This document shows positions 30,401-41,729 of a DNA stretch of 59,683 nt, piece by piece. How positions within the stretch are numbered: the first letter of the stretch is position 1; each line of letters begins with the position of its first letter. Both the position numbers and the translations under genes were made by a program. This DNA is from Desulfarculaceae bacterium (lineage in GTDB: Bacteria > Desulfobacterota > Desulfarculia > Desulfarculales > Desulfarculaceae). Below the pieces are notes generated by a model. That model ran no database searches. It was not told where the DNA came from and saw only the letters and a list, made by a program, of their open reading frames with translations. The stretch lies in contig JAMOVV010000023.1 of NCBI GenBank assembly GCA_027067385.1, positions 1 through 59,683 of the forward strand, read 5' to 3'.

Positions 30401-30964
30401 TCAGTCGTTATTCTCGCCAAAGACCTGGGCGCTGAAGATAAATATCTGTACATCGTCATCTCGCCAACAACCGGGCTGCATACCGGCCTTGACGCAGGTC
30501 TGGTCCAGGAAGGTATCGCGGTCCCAGCCCCACTCGGTGGCCACCTGGGGCAGCAGCACTCCACGGCCGCGCGGGCTCACCAGGTAGATGCCGTGGGTGC
30601 CCACCTGTATGCGGCTCACGTCGTCGATGGGCTCCAGCGGTGAAAGCACGCTGATCTCCAGGTCCAACTCGTCGAGCTCCTGCGGGGTGACCGGGGGAAA
30701 GCGGGGATCGCGCAGGGCGGCCGAAACCGCCATCTCCTGCACCGTGTCCACCAGCGGTCCCTGGGAGACGAAGTTGCCGATGCAGCCGCGCAGTTGGCCG
30801 CGCCGGTGCAGGGTGACAAAGGCCCCGCGTTCAAAGCCCAGCCCCTCGGGCTCGGGGTCAATCTTGCCCGGCCGGCGGCCGTGGGCGGCGTCATGCACCG
30901 CCTGGCGGGCGATCTCCAGCAGGCGCCGCTGCTCCTGGGGAGTGAGCTCGCGATACTCAACCAT
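30401..30964 (-). CDS. AMMECR1-domain protein
   Basis: GAFVTLHRRGQLRGCIG, ISVLSP, YLVSPRGRGVLLPQV. ATG at 30964 is preferred; the ORF track starts at 30988. Confidence 0.8.
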   Translation of the reverse strand: MVEYRELTPQEQRRLLEIARQAVHDAAHGRRPGKIDPEPEGLGFERGAFVTLHRRGQLRGCIGNFVSQGPLVDTVQEMAVSAALRDPRFPPVTPQELDELDLEISVLSPLEPIDDVSRIQVGTHGIYLVSPRGRGVLLPQVATEWGWDRDTFLDQTCVKAGMQPGCWRDDDVQIFIFSAQVFGENND

Positions 30965-30980
30965 GGCTAACCTCCACCTT

Positions 30981-31328
30981 TCAACCACCGGTGTCCGGGC
31001 GCAGGCAAACCTCCATGGCCGGTCCGTTCACCGTCAGTTGAGCCTTGCATTCCACGCACATGAGGGCGTTCTGTTTGGGGCTCAAGGAAAACTCGCTGCC
31101 GCAAGAGGGGCACACGGCGTGGTAGCTGGTCCACACCGTGTAGAGCGTCACCACGGGCAACAGCAGGCCGAAAGGCACGGCCAGCCAGGGACCGACCACC
31201 GGGATTTCCCATACCGCCTTACCGATCAGGGCGCCCACCGAACCAGCCGCCAGGATGACGAATATCGACAACCAGACCTTCTTGGAGGTGGGGTCGGGCT
31301 CAATCTTACTGCAGGGGGACTCGCTCAT
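30981..31328 (-). CDS. Hypothetical membrane protein with a C-terminal zinc ribbon
   Basis: Two hydrophobic helices followed by CPSCG...CVEC. Overlaps both neighbours (coupled). Confidence 0.5.
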   Translation of the reverse strand: MSESPCSKIEPDPTSKKVWLSIFVILAAGSVGALIGKAVWEIPVVGPWLAVPFGLLLPVVTLYTVWTSYHAVCPSCGSEFSLSPKQNALMCVECKAQLTVNGPAMEVCLRPDTGG

Positions 31329-31828
31329 CGGCCTATCTCTCCCGGGTTGCGGGGCAACCTCGCCCCGGCACGGCGCTCACCCCGCCAGGCCAGGTAGTCG
31401 TTCACAATACGTTGGTGGTCAAAACACAGCCGCCCCGGCGGCGACTGGGCCGGCGCCACCACCACCTGACCGGCGTCGTCGCCGGCCGCCGGCACCCCCC
31501 GGGCGCGGCCCACGAACACCACCGACAAGGTGTGCTGCCGGGGATCGCGCGCCGGGTCGGAGTACACCCCCAACAGGTGCACCAGCTCCACCGCCAGCGA
31601 GGTCTCCTCGGCCGCCTCGCGCACCGCCGCCTGCTCCACCGTCTCGCCGTAGTCCACGAAACCACCCGGCAGGGCCCAACCCCGGGGAGGGTTGCGGCGC
31701 TCGATAAAGACGATCGGCGGCCCGTCGCCGCCGTCGGCCAGCTCGATGACCACGTCCACCGTGGGCACCGGGTTGCGATAAACCAACACCCGCGCCCCGC
31801 ACTCGGGACATGTCACCCGCCCGCTCAC
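31325..31828 (-). CDS. NUDIX hydrolase with an N-terminal zinc ribbon
   Basis: CPECG at the N-terminus. Nudix box GGFVDYGETVEQAAVREAAEETSL. Confidence 0.8.
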   Translation of the reverse strand: MSGRVTCPECGARVLVYRNPVPTVDVVIELADGGDGPPIVFIERRNPPRGWALPGGFVDYGETVEQAAVREAAEETSLAVELVHLLGVYSDPARDPRQHTLSVVFVGRARGVPAAGDDAGQVVVAPAQSPPGRLCFDHQRIVNDYLAWRGERRAGARLPRNPGEIGR

Positions 31829-32226
31829 CCGGCCCGGCCCTCCTGGTCCCGGTGGTCACGCCGCCGCAGGTAGTAGTCGCAGCGCCCCTGGCATCCCGGC
31901 AGCAGCATCAGGCAATAGATGAGATGTTGGTGCAGGCAAAGGGAGCCGTCTCCGCCGGAGGCCACGAACCCGGGGCAGGTGAGCGCGCTGATGGCCTTGA
32001 TGTTCTGGTTGATCACGTGCCGCCGGGCCACCTCGCGGTCGTCTTCGTCGGCCAGGCGCTTGAGCCGCTCCAGGCGGTCCAGGGTCTTTACCCCCATCTT
32101 GCGCCGGGCGTCGAGCAGTTGGCAGCGGGCCTGGTCCTGCTCGTCGCGGTTAAAGGTGCGGGTACAGCGCCCCTGCTGGAAATAACTGCAACCCTCGCCG
32201 CCGAGACGATAAACCGCGCTCATCAC
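31825..32226 (-). CDS. Hypothetical Cys-rich protein
   Basis: 133 aa with about 10 Cys (GCSYFQQGRC, CPGF, CLHQHLIYC, PGCQGRC). It starts directly after the MOSC stop and has a 4-nt overlap with the Nudix gene. No family recognised. Confidence 0.5.
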   Translation of the reverse strand: MMSAVYRLGGEGCSYFQQGRCTRTFNRDEQDQARCQLLDARRKMGVKTLDRLERLKRLADEDDREVARRHVINQNIKAISALTCPGFVASGGDGSLCLHQHLIYCLMLLPGCQGRCDYYLRRRDHRDQEGRAG

Positions 32227-32679
32227 TTATGGTCCTTCGCCGGTCTCCAGCCGACACACCGGATCACCCGGCTTGACGGTGCCCGGGTTGAGCACCCGCA
32301 CAAAGATGCCCTCCCGCGGCATCACGCAATCCCCGGTCTTCTGGCGAATGGCGCACCCGGCGTGACACTCCTTGCCGATCTGGGTCACCTCCACCTCCAC
32401 CTCGCCCAAACGCAAACGGGTGCCGACGGGCAGGGTGTGCAGGATCAGTCCCTCGGTGGTGATGTTCTCAGCAAAATCACCGGGCTTCACCTCCAAACCC
32501 TTGGCACGCATGGTGTCGATGGACTCGGCGGCCAACAGCGATAACTGGCGGTGCCAAGCACCGGAATGAGCATCACCCACCAGGCCCACGTCGGGCTCCA
32601 GGCGACCCTCGGGCAGCGGCGTTTTGCATACGCCCTTGGTGCTGCTAATATTTACCGATACTACTTGGGCTTTTTTCAT
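32227..32679 (-). CDS. MOSC-domain protein
   Basis: True start is MKKAQVVSVNIS at 32679 (the ORF track runs 600 nt further upstream). Motifs: GLVGDAH, GDFAENITTEG, CHAGCAI. Confidence 0.8.
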   Translation of the reverse strand: MKKAQVVSVNISSTKGVCKTPLPEGRLEPDVGLVGDAHSGAWHRQLSLLAAESIDTMRAKGLEVKPGDFAENITTEGLILHTLPVGTRLRLGEVEVEVTQIGKECHAGCAIRQKTGDCVMPREGIFVRVLNPGTVKPGDPVCRLETGEGP

Positions 32680-32707
32680 AACCGGCTCGCAAAAATAACT
32701 GGATGAC

Positions 32708-34102
32708 ATGAGCTTAGCCCCGCCCAACCAAGACGTCAAGGGAGCACCCGCGCCCGGCCTGGCCGGCCGGCTGCCCGGCCCCGGCCCCCTGCTGGTCGGC
32801 GTCAGCGGCGGGGCCGACTCGGTGGCCTGCGCGCGCCTGCTGGCCCTACGGGCCAGCCAGCTCCAATGGCAGGTGGTCTTGGGACACGTGGACCACCAAC
32901 TGCGCCCCGACTCCCACCTCGACGCCGAGTTCACCCGGGAGCTGGCCGCCGGGCTGGGCCTGGGGTTTAAGCTTACCCGGGTGGATTGCCGAACGGCCGG
33001 GGATTCGCCGGAAGCGGCGGCCCGGGCGGCCCGGCGGCAGGCGCTAAGGGCCATGGCCCACGAGATCGGGGCCGGGGCCATCGCCCTGGCCCACACGGCC
33101 GACGACCAGGCCGAGACCATCTTGGGCCGGGCGCTCACCGGCACCGGTCTCACCGGCCTGGCCGGCATGCGGGTGTGGCGGGGCATCTGGTGGCGGCCGC
33201 TGCTCTTTTGCCGCCGGCAACAACTGCGCGCTTGGCTTGAGAGCCTGGGCCAGCCCTGGCGCGAGGATCCCAGCAACCAGGATCAGGGTCCCCTGCGCAA
33301 CCGTCTGCGCTTGAGCCTGTTGCCCCTGGCCGAGGAGTTGATCAACCCCCGCGTGGTGGAGGCCCTGGGCCGGCTGGCCGAGCTGGCCGGCGCTGAGGAG
33401 GACTTCTGGCGCCACTGGTGCGCCCAGCGGGCGGCAGCCGGCTTCAAGCGCCAGGGCACCAGTCTGTTGATGACCTCGGCGGTGCTAAGGGATTTGCACC
33501 CGGCCCAACTGCGCCGCCTGCTGCGCCACGCGGCCGGCCTGGTCAGCGGGGGGGGGCAGCACCTGCTGGCCGATCAACTGGCCCGCCTGGTGGAGCTGTG
33601 GCAGGGCCGGCCGGGACGCCGGGCCACCCTGGGGGCCGGGCTGGAGGCCTGGCGGGAGCCCGGTGGCCTACGCCTGGATATTGCCGGCGATCCGCCGGTA
33701 TTCAGCTATCGCCTGGATGGCCCCGGCAGCCTGGAGCTGCCGCACTTGGGCCTGCGCCTGGAAGTGGGTGAGGCGAAAACTACCGAGCCCCTCGCGGCCG
33801 CCGGGTCCCAGGCCTGGCTGCCGGCGGCGCGGGTTAACTGGCCGCTTACGGTGCGCAGCCCGCAGGCCGGCGAGCGCTTTCATCCCCTGGGCGCACCCGG
33901 TTCCAAGCGCCTGAGCCGCTTTTTCATCGACCGCCGGGTGCCCCCCTGGTGGCGTCGGCGCACCCCGGTGGTGGCCGACGCGGCCGGCACCTGGTGGGTG
34001 GCCCCCTGGTCGGTGGCCGAAAGGGCCCGCCGCCGAGGTAAAGAGGCCCTTCTTCGGCTGCGCCTCGTTGACACCAAGGGGGGTGGACCCTATACTTGGT
34101 AG
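32708..34102 (+). CDS. tilS: tRNA(Ile)-lysidine synthetase
   Basis: PP-loop LLVGVSGGADSVA, LAHTADDQAET, and a C-terminal TilS domain. Confidence 0.85.
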   Translation: MSLAPPNQDVKGAPAPGLAGRLPGPGPLLVGVSGGADSVACARLLALRASQLQWQVVLGHVDHQLRPDSHLDAEFTRELAAGLGLGFKLTRVDCRTAGDSPEAAARAARRQALRAMAHEIGAGAIALAHTADDQAETILGRALTGTGLTGLAGMRVWRGIWWRPLLFCRRQQLRAWLESLGQPWREDPSNQDQGPLRNRLRLSLLPLAEELINPRVVEALGRLAELAGAEEDFWRHWCAQRAAAGFKRQGTSLLMTSAVLRDLHPAQLRRLLRHAAGLVSGGGQHLLADQLARLVELWQGRPGRRATLGAGLEAWREPGGLRLDIAGDPPVFSYRLDGPGSLELPHLGLRLEVGEAKTTEPLAAAGSQAWLPAARVNWPLTVRSPQAGERFHPLGAPGSKRLSRFFIDRRVPPWWRRRTPVVADAAGTWWVAPWSVAERARRRGKEALLRLRLVDTKGGGPYTW

Positions 34103-34295
34103 CAAATATGTATGGGCCGCAAGCGGTTAATTCTCGGTGAAAAAGTCCGCCAAGGTCCTTTGCCGGGCCGTCGTTGATCCGGGGGGGGTGGGTCGGTGCC
34201 CTCCCAGTCATTCCATGGCCGATTAAGCTGGTTGGCGCGACCCGGTCGGCGGGGTCTTCTTACGGCGCGCTGGCCCACAATTTCAGGAGACTGTA

Positions 34296-36254
34296 GTGAA
34301 CCCTTTTTTCAAGAACCTTGCCTTGTGGCTGGTTATCAGCCTGCTGATGGTGCTACTGTTCAATTTTTTCAATCACACCGTCCAGCCCAGCAAGAAGATT
34401 CCCTACTCGGACTTTTTAGAGCAGGTAGATTCTGGCGGGGTCACCAGTGTAGTTATCCAGGGCCGTGAGATTCACGGCCTCACTCCCGAAGGCGTCCACT
34501 TCCGCACCTACGCCCCCGACGATCCCAAGCTGATCGGGCTACTCACCGCCAAGAAGATCAAGATTACCGTCAAGCCGGAGAACGACTCGCCCTGGTACGT
34601 AACCGTGCTGGCCTCCTGGTTCCCCATGATTTTATTGATCGGGGTGTGGATATTTTTCATGCGCCAGATGCAGTCCGGCGGTGGCAAGGCCATGAGCTTT
34701 GGCAAGAGCCGCGCCCGTCTGATGAGCGAGCCCGGCGGCAAGAAGGTGACCTTCGAGGACGTGGCCGGGGTGGAGGAGGCCAAGGAGGAGCTCACCGAGA
34801 TCATCGAGTTTTTGCGCGACCCCAAGAAGTTCACCCGCCTGGGCGGACGCATTCCCAAGGGCGTGCTGCTGGTGGGCCCCCCGGGCACCGGCAAGACCCT
34901 GATGGCCCGGGCCATCGCCGGCGAGGCCGGGGTGCCCTTTTTCTCTATCAGCGGCTCGGACTTCGTGGAGATGTTCGTGGGGGTGGGGGCCAGCCGGGTG
35001 CGCGACCTGTTCAACCAGGGCAAGAAGAACGCGCCCTGCATTATTTTCATCGACGAGATCGACGCCGTGGGCCGGCACCGCGGGGCCGGCCTGGGCGGCG
35101 GGCACGACGAACGCGAGCAGACTCTCAACCAACTGCTGGTGGAGATGGACGGTTTCGAGTCCAACGAAGGGGTCATCCTCATTTCGGCCACCAACCGGCC
35201 CGACGTGTTGGACCCGGCCCTCCTGCGGCCCGGCCGTTTTGACCGCCAGGTGGTGGTTCCCACCCCGGACGTCAAGGGGCGCGAGGCCATCTTGCGGGTG
35301 CACACCCGGCGCAGCCCCCTGGCCCCGGACGTGGACCTGTCGGTACTGGCCCGTGGGACCCCCGGCTTCTCCGGGGCCGACCTGGAGAACATGGTCAACG
35401 AGGCGGCTCTGCTGGCCGCGCGGCGCAATAAGGACGCCCTGGAGATGGAGGACTTTGAGGACGCCAAGGACAAGGTTATGATGGGCACCGAGCGGCGCAG
35501 CCTCATCCTCACCGACGAGCAGAAGCACCAGACCGCCTACCACGAGTCCGGTCACGCCCTGGTGGCCAAGCTCCTGCCGGGCACCGACCCGGTGCACAAG
35601 GTGACCATCATCCCGCGCGGCCGCGCCCTGGGACTCACCCAGATGCTGCCCGAGGATGACCGCTACACCCACGACCGCGAGTACCTGCGCAACCAATTGG
35701 CGGTGCTCCTGGGAGGGCGGGCGGCCGAGGAGATCGTACTGGGCACCCTCACCACCGGGGCGGGCCACGACATCGAACAGGCCACCGCCATCGCGCGCAA
35801 CATGGTGTGCAAGTGGGGCATGAGCTCCAAGTTGGGCCCCTTGTCTTTCGGAGCCCGTGAGGAACAGATATTCCTGGGCCGCGAGATTGCGCAACACCGC
35901 GACTACTCCGAGGACACCGCCAGGATCATCGACCAGGAGGTGCGCCGCCTGGTGGATGAGGCCCAGAAGACCGCCTTGCGCCTGCTCACCGAAAACCGCG
36001 ACAAGCTCGACGCCATAGCCAAGGCCCTCCTGGAGGTGGAGACCCTGGACGCCGAAGCGGTGGAGGCCATCGTGGAAGGCCGTCCCTTTGTGGCCAAGCA
36101 CAAAAACCACCGCCCGCCGGCCGATCCTCCGGCCGAGAGCGACCAGCCGGCGGTTACCGCGTCGGAGCTCTACCGCGACCAGGCCGAGCCACCGCCGGAC
36201 CAAGCGGACTCCCCGCCCGAGGGCACCGGGTCCGAGGGAGAAGGCGATGGTTAG
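34296..36254 (+). CDS. ftsH: ATP-dependent zinc metalloprotease FtsH
   Basis: Two N-terminal TM helices, [15 protein letters not shown], Zn site HESGHAL. GTG start. Confidence 0.95.
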   Translation: MNPFFKNLALWLVISLLMVLLFNFFNHTVQPSKKIPYSDFLEQVDSGGVTSVVIQGREIHGLTPEGVHFRTYAPDDPKLIGLLTAKKIKITVKPENDSPWYVTVLASWFPMILLIGVWIFFMRQMQSGGGKAMSFGKSRARLMSEPGGKKVTFEDVAGVEEAKEELTEIIEFLRDPKKFTRLGGRIPKGVLLVGPPGTGKTLMARAIAGEAGVPFFSISGSDFVEMFVGVGASRVRDLFNQGKKNAPCIIFIDEIDAVGRHRGAGLGGGHDEREQTLNQLLVEMDGFESNEGVILISATNRPDVLDPALLRPGRFDRQVVVPTPDVKGREAILRVHTRRSPLAPDVDLSVLARGTPGFSGADLENMVNEAALLAARRNKDALEMEDFEDAKDKVMMGTERRSLILTDEQKHQTAYHESGHALVAKLLPGTDPVHKVTIIPRGRALGLTQMLPEDDRYTHDREYLRNQLAVLLGGRAAEEIVLGTLTTGAGHDIEQATAIARNMVCKWGMSSKLGPLSFGAREEQIFLGREIAQHRDYSEDTARIIDQEVRRLVDEAQKTALRLLTENRDKLDAIAKALLEVETLDAEAVEAIVEGRPFVAKHKNHRPPADPPAESDQPAVTASELYRDQAEPPPDQADSPPEGTGSEGEGDG

Positions 36255-37110
36255 CGGACGGCCGCCATGGGTGTTGCCCGGCCGGGAGATGGGTTTCGCC
36301 GGCGGCACCCGCATCATGGGGGTGGTCAACGTCACCCCCGACTCCTTTTCCGATGGCGGCAAGTTCCAAGATCACGACGCGGCGGTGGCCCAGGGGCTGC
36401 GCCTGGCCGACGAGGGGGCCGACATCCTGGACGTGGGCGGCGAATCCAGCCGACCCGGGTCCCGGCCGGTGAGCGCCGCGGTGGAGATCGACCGGGTCAT
36501 CCCGGTAATCCGCCAACTGGCCGAGCGCTCTTCGGCGGTCATCAGCGTGGACACCACCAAGGCCGAAGTGGCCGCCGCCGCCCTGGACGCCGGGGCCACG
36601 GTGATCAACGATATCAGCGCCCTGCGGGCCGATCCGGAGATGGCCCCCTTGGCCGCCAAGCGGCGGGCGGGAGTGGTGCTGATGCACATGCTGGGCACCC
36701 CCCGCACCATGCAGGACAACCCCACCTACCAAGACGTGGTGGCCGAGGTCTGCGATTTCCTGGCCCAGAGGCTGCAGTCGGCCGTGGCGGCGGGCATCGA
36801 CCAGCGCCGGTTGGTGCTGGACCCGGGTATCGGCTTTGGCAAGACCCTGGAGCACAACCTGCTGCTGGTGCGCCACCTCAAACGACTGCATAGCCTGGGC
36901 CGGCCGGTCTTGCTGGGGGCCAGCCGCAAGGCCTTCCTGGGGGTGCTCACCGGGCGCCGGGAAGCCGGCCAGCGGCTGTGGTCTTCGCTGGGGGTGCACG
37001 TGCTGGGGGCGGCCCTGGGAGCCGATATCGTACGGGTACACGACGTGGCCCCGGTGCGCGAAGCCCTGCTGGTGGGCGACGCGGTAATGGCGGCGGGGGG
37101 CGACTTATGA
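36247..37110 (+). CDS. folP: Dihydropteroate synthase
   Basis: Internal ATG at 36247 overlaps the ftsH stop by 8 nt. Motifs: [33 protein letters not shown]. Confidence 0.9.
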   Translation: MVSGRPPWVLPGREMGFAGGTRIMGVVNVTPDSFSDGGKFQDHDAAVAQGLRLADEGADILDVGGESSRPGSRPVSAAVEIDRVIPVIRQLAERSSAVISVDTTKAEVAAAALDAGATVINDISALRADPEMAPLAAKRRAGVVLMHMLGTPRTMQDNPTYQDVVAEVCDFLAQRLQSAVAAGIDQRRLVLDPGIGFGKTLEHNLLLVRHLKRLHSLGRPVLLGASRKAFLGVLTGRREAGQRLWSSLGVHVLGAALGADIVRVHDVAPVREALLVGDAVMAAGGDL

Positions 37111-37907
37111 CCGAACTTCTGGGCTTGCTCAAGCAGATACGCTGGCATGACCTGGCCGATATCGCCCTGGTGAGCTTCGTGGTCTACAAGGTCATCATGC
37201 AGCTCAAGGGCACCAGGGCCATGCAGATGCTCTTTGGCCTGGGCATCATCTTCATCTGCATGGTCATCATCCAAGAGCTCAACCTCATCACGGCCAACTG
37301 GATCATCAACTCCTTCCTCTCTTCCATTGTCTTGGTGGTCATCGTGCTGTTCCAGTCGGACTTGCGCCGCGCCCTGGCCCGGGTGGGCCGTGGGCCGCTG
37401 TGGCCCGGCGGCGAGGATTCGCGTTCCACCCTGGAGGAGGTGGGCCGGGCCTCGGTCACCCTGGCCTCGCGCATGACCGGGGCCCTCATCGTGTTGGAGC
37501 GGCGCATTGGCCTGGGCGACTACGTGGAGGGCGGGGTGGCCCTGAACGCCGAGGTGAGCCGTGAGCTGCTGGTGAGCATATTCCAGACCACCGGCCCCTT
37601 GCATGACGGCGCGGTGATCATCCGGGGTAAGACGGTGCTGGCCGCCCGTTGCGTGCTGCCGCTGACCACCTCCAAGGTGGGCCGCAACCTGGGCACCCGC
37701 CACCGGGCCGCCCTGGGCCTCAGCGAGGAGACCGACGCCGTGTGCGTGGTGGTGAGCGAGGAGCGCGGCCGGGTGAGCGTGGCGGTGCGCGGCAAACTGA
37801 CCCAGGACCTGGACGCCAAAGCCCTGCAACGCCTGCTGAGCCAGCTCTTCGACGCCGGCAAACGGCGCGGCCGCTGGCTGCTGGCCAAGGAGTCGTCCGG
37901 TGCTTAA
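37107..37907 (+). CDS. cdaA: Diadenylate cyclase (membrane-anchored, CdaA type)
   Basis: ATGA overlap with folP. Three N-terminal TM helices. DAC motifs GALIVLE, DGAVII, TRHRAALGLSEETDA. Confidence 0.9.
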   Translation: MTELLGLLKQIRWHDLADIALVSFVVYKVIMQLKGTRAMQMLFGLGIIFICMVIIQELNLITANWIINSFLSSIVLVVIVLFQSDLRRALARVGRGPLWPGGEDSRSTLEEVGRASVTLASRMTGALIVLERRIGLGDYVEGGVALNAEVSRELLVSIFQTTGPLHDGAVIIRGKTVLAARCVLPLTTSKVGRNLGTRHRAALGLSEETDAVCVVVSEERGRVSVAVRGKLTQDLDAKALQRLLSQLFDAGKRRGRWLLAKESSGA

Positions 37908-38628
37908 GTGGCTACTGAGCAACTGGCAGGTGAAGCTGCTGAGCCTGGCCATCGCCATCGCCTTGTGGGTCTTTGTGGTGGGCCAGGAGAACAGCGAGAT
38001 CGTCTTGCGCATGCCGGTGGAGATCACCAACGTACCCCACGGCATGATCGTGGTGGGCGACCAGGCCGACGTGGTGGAGGCACGAGTGCGCGGCCCCCGC
38101 AACCTGGTGCGCATCGCCGCCTCCCAGCGGTTGATCAAGGTGGTCGACCTGCGCGGGGCCAAGGTAGGCGAACACGTGTTCAGGGTGGAGACCGAGGACC
38201 TCAAGCTGCCCTCGGGGGTACAGGTGATGCGCCTGAGCCCGGTGACCATCAGGGTGCGGTTGGTGCCGGTGGCGGCGCGCATGTTGCCGGTGCGGCCGGT
38301 TTTACCCGGCGAGCCGGGCGACGGCTTCCGCATGGGCGAGGTGACCATCAAGCCGGACAAGGTGCGGGCCGAGGGGCTGCCCGACGACCTGGCCGCCCTG
38401 GAAAAGTGGGTCTGGACTAAGCCCATTGATATCCACGGGATTAAGCGAAGTATCCGGGTGAAGGTGCCGGTGCGCCTGGTCTGGGCCCGGGAGCGCAAGG
38501 TAGCCGGCCGGGTGGAGCTCAAGCCCGCCGAGGTGGAGGTGGTGGTGCCGATCATCCCCCTGGAAGACGGCCCGCCGGTTCGCAGACACAACGACACCCG
38601 GGACACCCCGGTGGGTTCAGGCCCCTAG
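37900..38628 (+). CDS. cdaR: YbbR-domain protein (CdaA regulator)
   Basis: GTG start overlaps cdaA by 8 nt. N-terminal anchor NWQVKLLSLAIAIALWVFVV, then repeated YbbR-like beta modules. Canonical cdaA-cdaR-glmM order. Confidence 0.75.
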   Translation: MLKWLLSNWQVKLLSLAIAIALWVFVVGQENSEIVLRMPVEITNVPHGMIVVGDQADVVEARVRGPRNLVRIAASQRLIKVVDLRGAKVGEHVFRVETEDLKLPSGVQVMRLSPVTIRVRLVPVAARMLPVRPVLPGEPGDGFRMGEVTIKPDKVRAEGLPDDLAALEKWVWTKPIDIHGIKRSIRVKVPVRLVWARERKVAGRVELKPAEVEVVVPIIPLEDGPPVRRHNDTRDTPVGSGP

Positions 38629-38664
38629 GCGACAGGGCGGCGGCAAGCCGCCCGGGAACGATCA

Positions 38665-40029
38665 ATGCAAGACAAGCCGAAAATCTTCGGAACCGACGGC
38701 GTGCGCGGGGTGGCCAACGTCTATCCCATGACCGTAGAGATGGCCATGGGCATCGGCCAGGGCATGGCCTCGCTCCTGAAAGGGCCGGCCTACCGCCGCA
38801 AGATCGTCATCGGCAAGGACACCCGCCTGTCGGGTTACATGCTGGAAAACGCCCTGGCCGCGGGCATCTGCTCCATGGGGGTGGACGTGCTCCTGGTGGG
38901 CCCCCTGCCCACCCCGGCCATCGCCTTCATCACCCGCAACATGCGGGCCGACGCCGGTATCGTCATCAGCGCCAGCCACAACCCCTACGAGGACAACGGC
39001 ATCAAGATATTCGGGCGCGACGGCTACAAGCTGCCCGAGCAGCAGGAGCGCGCCATCGAGCACTACGTGCACAGCCTCCAGCAGCACCGTAACGACGCCC
39101 CCCGCCCCACCGCCGACGACGTGGGCAAGGCCTTTCGCATCGATGACGCCATCGGCCGCTACATCGTGTTTTTGAAAAATTCCTTTCCCGCCGCCCACAC
39201 CCTGGACGGGCTCACCATCGCGGTGGACTGCGCCAACGGCGCCGGCTACAAGGTGGCCCCCATGGTGCTCTCGGAGCTGGGGGCCGAGTTGGTGATCATC
39301 GGGGCCGAGCCCAACGGGGTCAACATCAACGACGGGGTGGGCTCGCTCTATCCCGAGCAGGTGCAGGCGGCGGTGCGCCAGGGTCGGGCCGACCTGGGGC
39401 TGGCCTTGGATGGCGACGGCGACCGCCTGATCATGGTGGACGAAGACGGCGAGATCGTCGACGGCGACCAGATCATGGCCATCTGCGCCGACTACATGAT
39501 CGCCCGGGGACGCCTGCGTGAGGCCACGGTGGTGTCCACGGTGATGTCCAACCTGGGCCTGGAGCTGTGCCTGCGCGAGCGGGGCATCAAGATGCTGCGC
39601 ACCGACGTGGGCGACCGCTACGTGGTGGAAGCCATGCGCAGCGGCGGTTATAATCTCGGCGGCGAGCAGAGCGGCCACCTGGTGTTCTTGGACTACAACA
39701 CCACCGGCGACGGCGTGCTCAGCGCCCTGCAGGTGCTGGGAGTAATGGTCAAGACCGGCCGGCCGCTAAGCGAGCTCAAGACCATCATGACCCGTATGCC
39801 CCAGGTGCTGGTCAACCTGCGGGTCAAGGAGAAGAAGCCCATCGACCAGGTGGCCGGCCTGCGCCGGGCCATGGAGGCGGCCGAGGAGCGCCTGGGCCAG
39901 CGGGGCCGCATCCTGGTGCGCTACTCGGGCACCGAGCCCAAGCTGCGCATCATGGTGGAGGCCGAGAGCCAGCGGCTCACCGAGGAGGTGGCCCAGGAGC
40001 TCAAGCAGGCGGCCCGGCAGGAACTTTAA
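38665..40029 (+). CDS. glmM: Phosphoglucosamine mutase
   Basis: FGTDGVRG, phosphoserine loop [26 protein letters not shown]. Confidence 0.95.
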   Translation: MQDKPKIFGTDGVRGVANVYPMTVEMAMGIGQGMASLLKGPAYRRKIVIGKDTRLSGYMLENALAAGICSMGVDVLLVGPLPTPAIAFITRNMRADAGIVISASHNPYEDNGIKIFGRDGYKLPEQQERAIEHYVHSLQQHRNDAPRPTADDVGKAFRIDDAIGRYIVFLKNSFPAAHTLDGLTIAVDCANGAGYKVAPMVLSELGAELVIIGAEPNGVNINDGVGSLYPEQVQAAVRQGRADLGLALDGDGDRLIMVDEDGEIVDGDQIMAICADYMIARGRLREATVVSTVMSNLGLELCLRERGIKMLRTDVGDRYVVEAMRSGGYNLGGEQSGHLVFLDYNTTGDGVLSALQVLGVMVKTGRPLSELKTIMTRMPQVLVNLRVKEKKPIDQVAGLRRAMEAAEERLGQRGRILVRYSGTEPKLRIMVEAESQRLTEEVAQELKQAARQEL

Positions 40030-40053
40030 ACCACACTGGCGACCAGGCGGACC

Positions 40054-40823
<770 letters not shown>

Positions 40824-40824
<1 letters not shown>

Positions 40825-41729
40825 TGCACCCTGTCCGTCCACCCCGTTGGCCCAAGCCGGGCGCGCCCCTGGCGGTGGCCGCCCCGGCCGGCGCCCTACC
40901 ACACCGCGAGTTCCAGGCCGGCCTGGAGGTGCTGGCCGAGCTGGCCGGGCCCTCTCCCCTGCGGGTGGACGATGTACTCTGGGCCAAGGACGACTACCTG
41001 GCCGGCGACGACCGGCAGCGGGCCGATCACCTGCAAAGCCTCATGACCGACCCGGCGCTGGGGGCGGTGCTCTGCGCCCGCGGCGGCTTTGGGACCAGCC
41101 GCCTGCTGCCCCGGCTGGCGATGGCCCGCCTGGCCGCGGCCGGGGTATGCCTGGTCGGTTTTTCCGACCTCACTGCCCTGCTCAACCCCCTGGCCGCCGC
41201 CGGCCTGATGAGCGTACATGGGCCGGTGGTGACTCAACTGCCGCGCCTGGACGACCCCAGCCGGGAGGCCTACGCCGCCCTGTTGGCCGGCCGCCCGCCC
41301 TGGCCCGCACGCCTGCGCGGCCAGGGCCTCACCCGGGGCCGGGCCCGGGGCCGGCTGCTGGGCGGCAACCTCACCCTCTTGTGCCACCTGTTGGGCACCC
41401 CCTATTTCCCCGACCCCGCCGGGGCCATATGGTTTATCGAAGAAGTCAACGAGGAACCCTACCGCCTGGACCGCCTGTTCACCCAAATGGAGCTGGCCGG
41501 GGTGTTGGCGGCGGTGACCGGGGTGGCGGTGGGCCGGCTGGGCGACGGCCGCGACCACGACCCCAGCCTGGATGAAGTGGTGCGCCGCCGCCTGGGCGGC
41601 CTGGACCAGCCGGTGGTGGTGGGCCTGCCCTTTGGCCACGGCCCGGCCAACCGGCCGCTGCTGGTAGGCGCCGCGGCCGAGCTCGACGCGGCGGCCGGCA
41701 CCCTGCTGGTGGGAGCGGACCTTGGCTGA
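40824..41729 (+). CDS. ldcA: LD-carboxypeptidase (peptidase S66, muramoyltetrapeptide carboxypeptidase-like)
   Basis: ARGGFGTSRLL, nucleophile context VGFSDLTAL, FIEEVNEEPYRLDR, FGHG. Confidence 0.8.
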
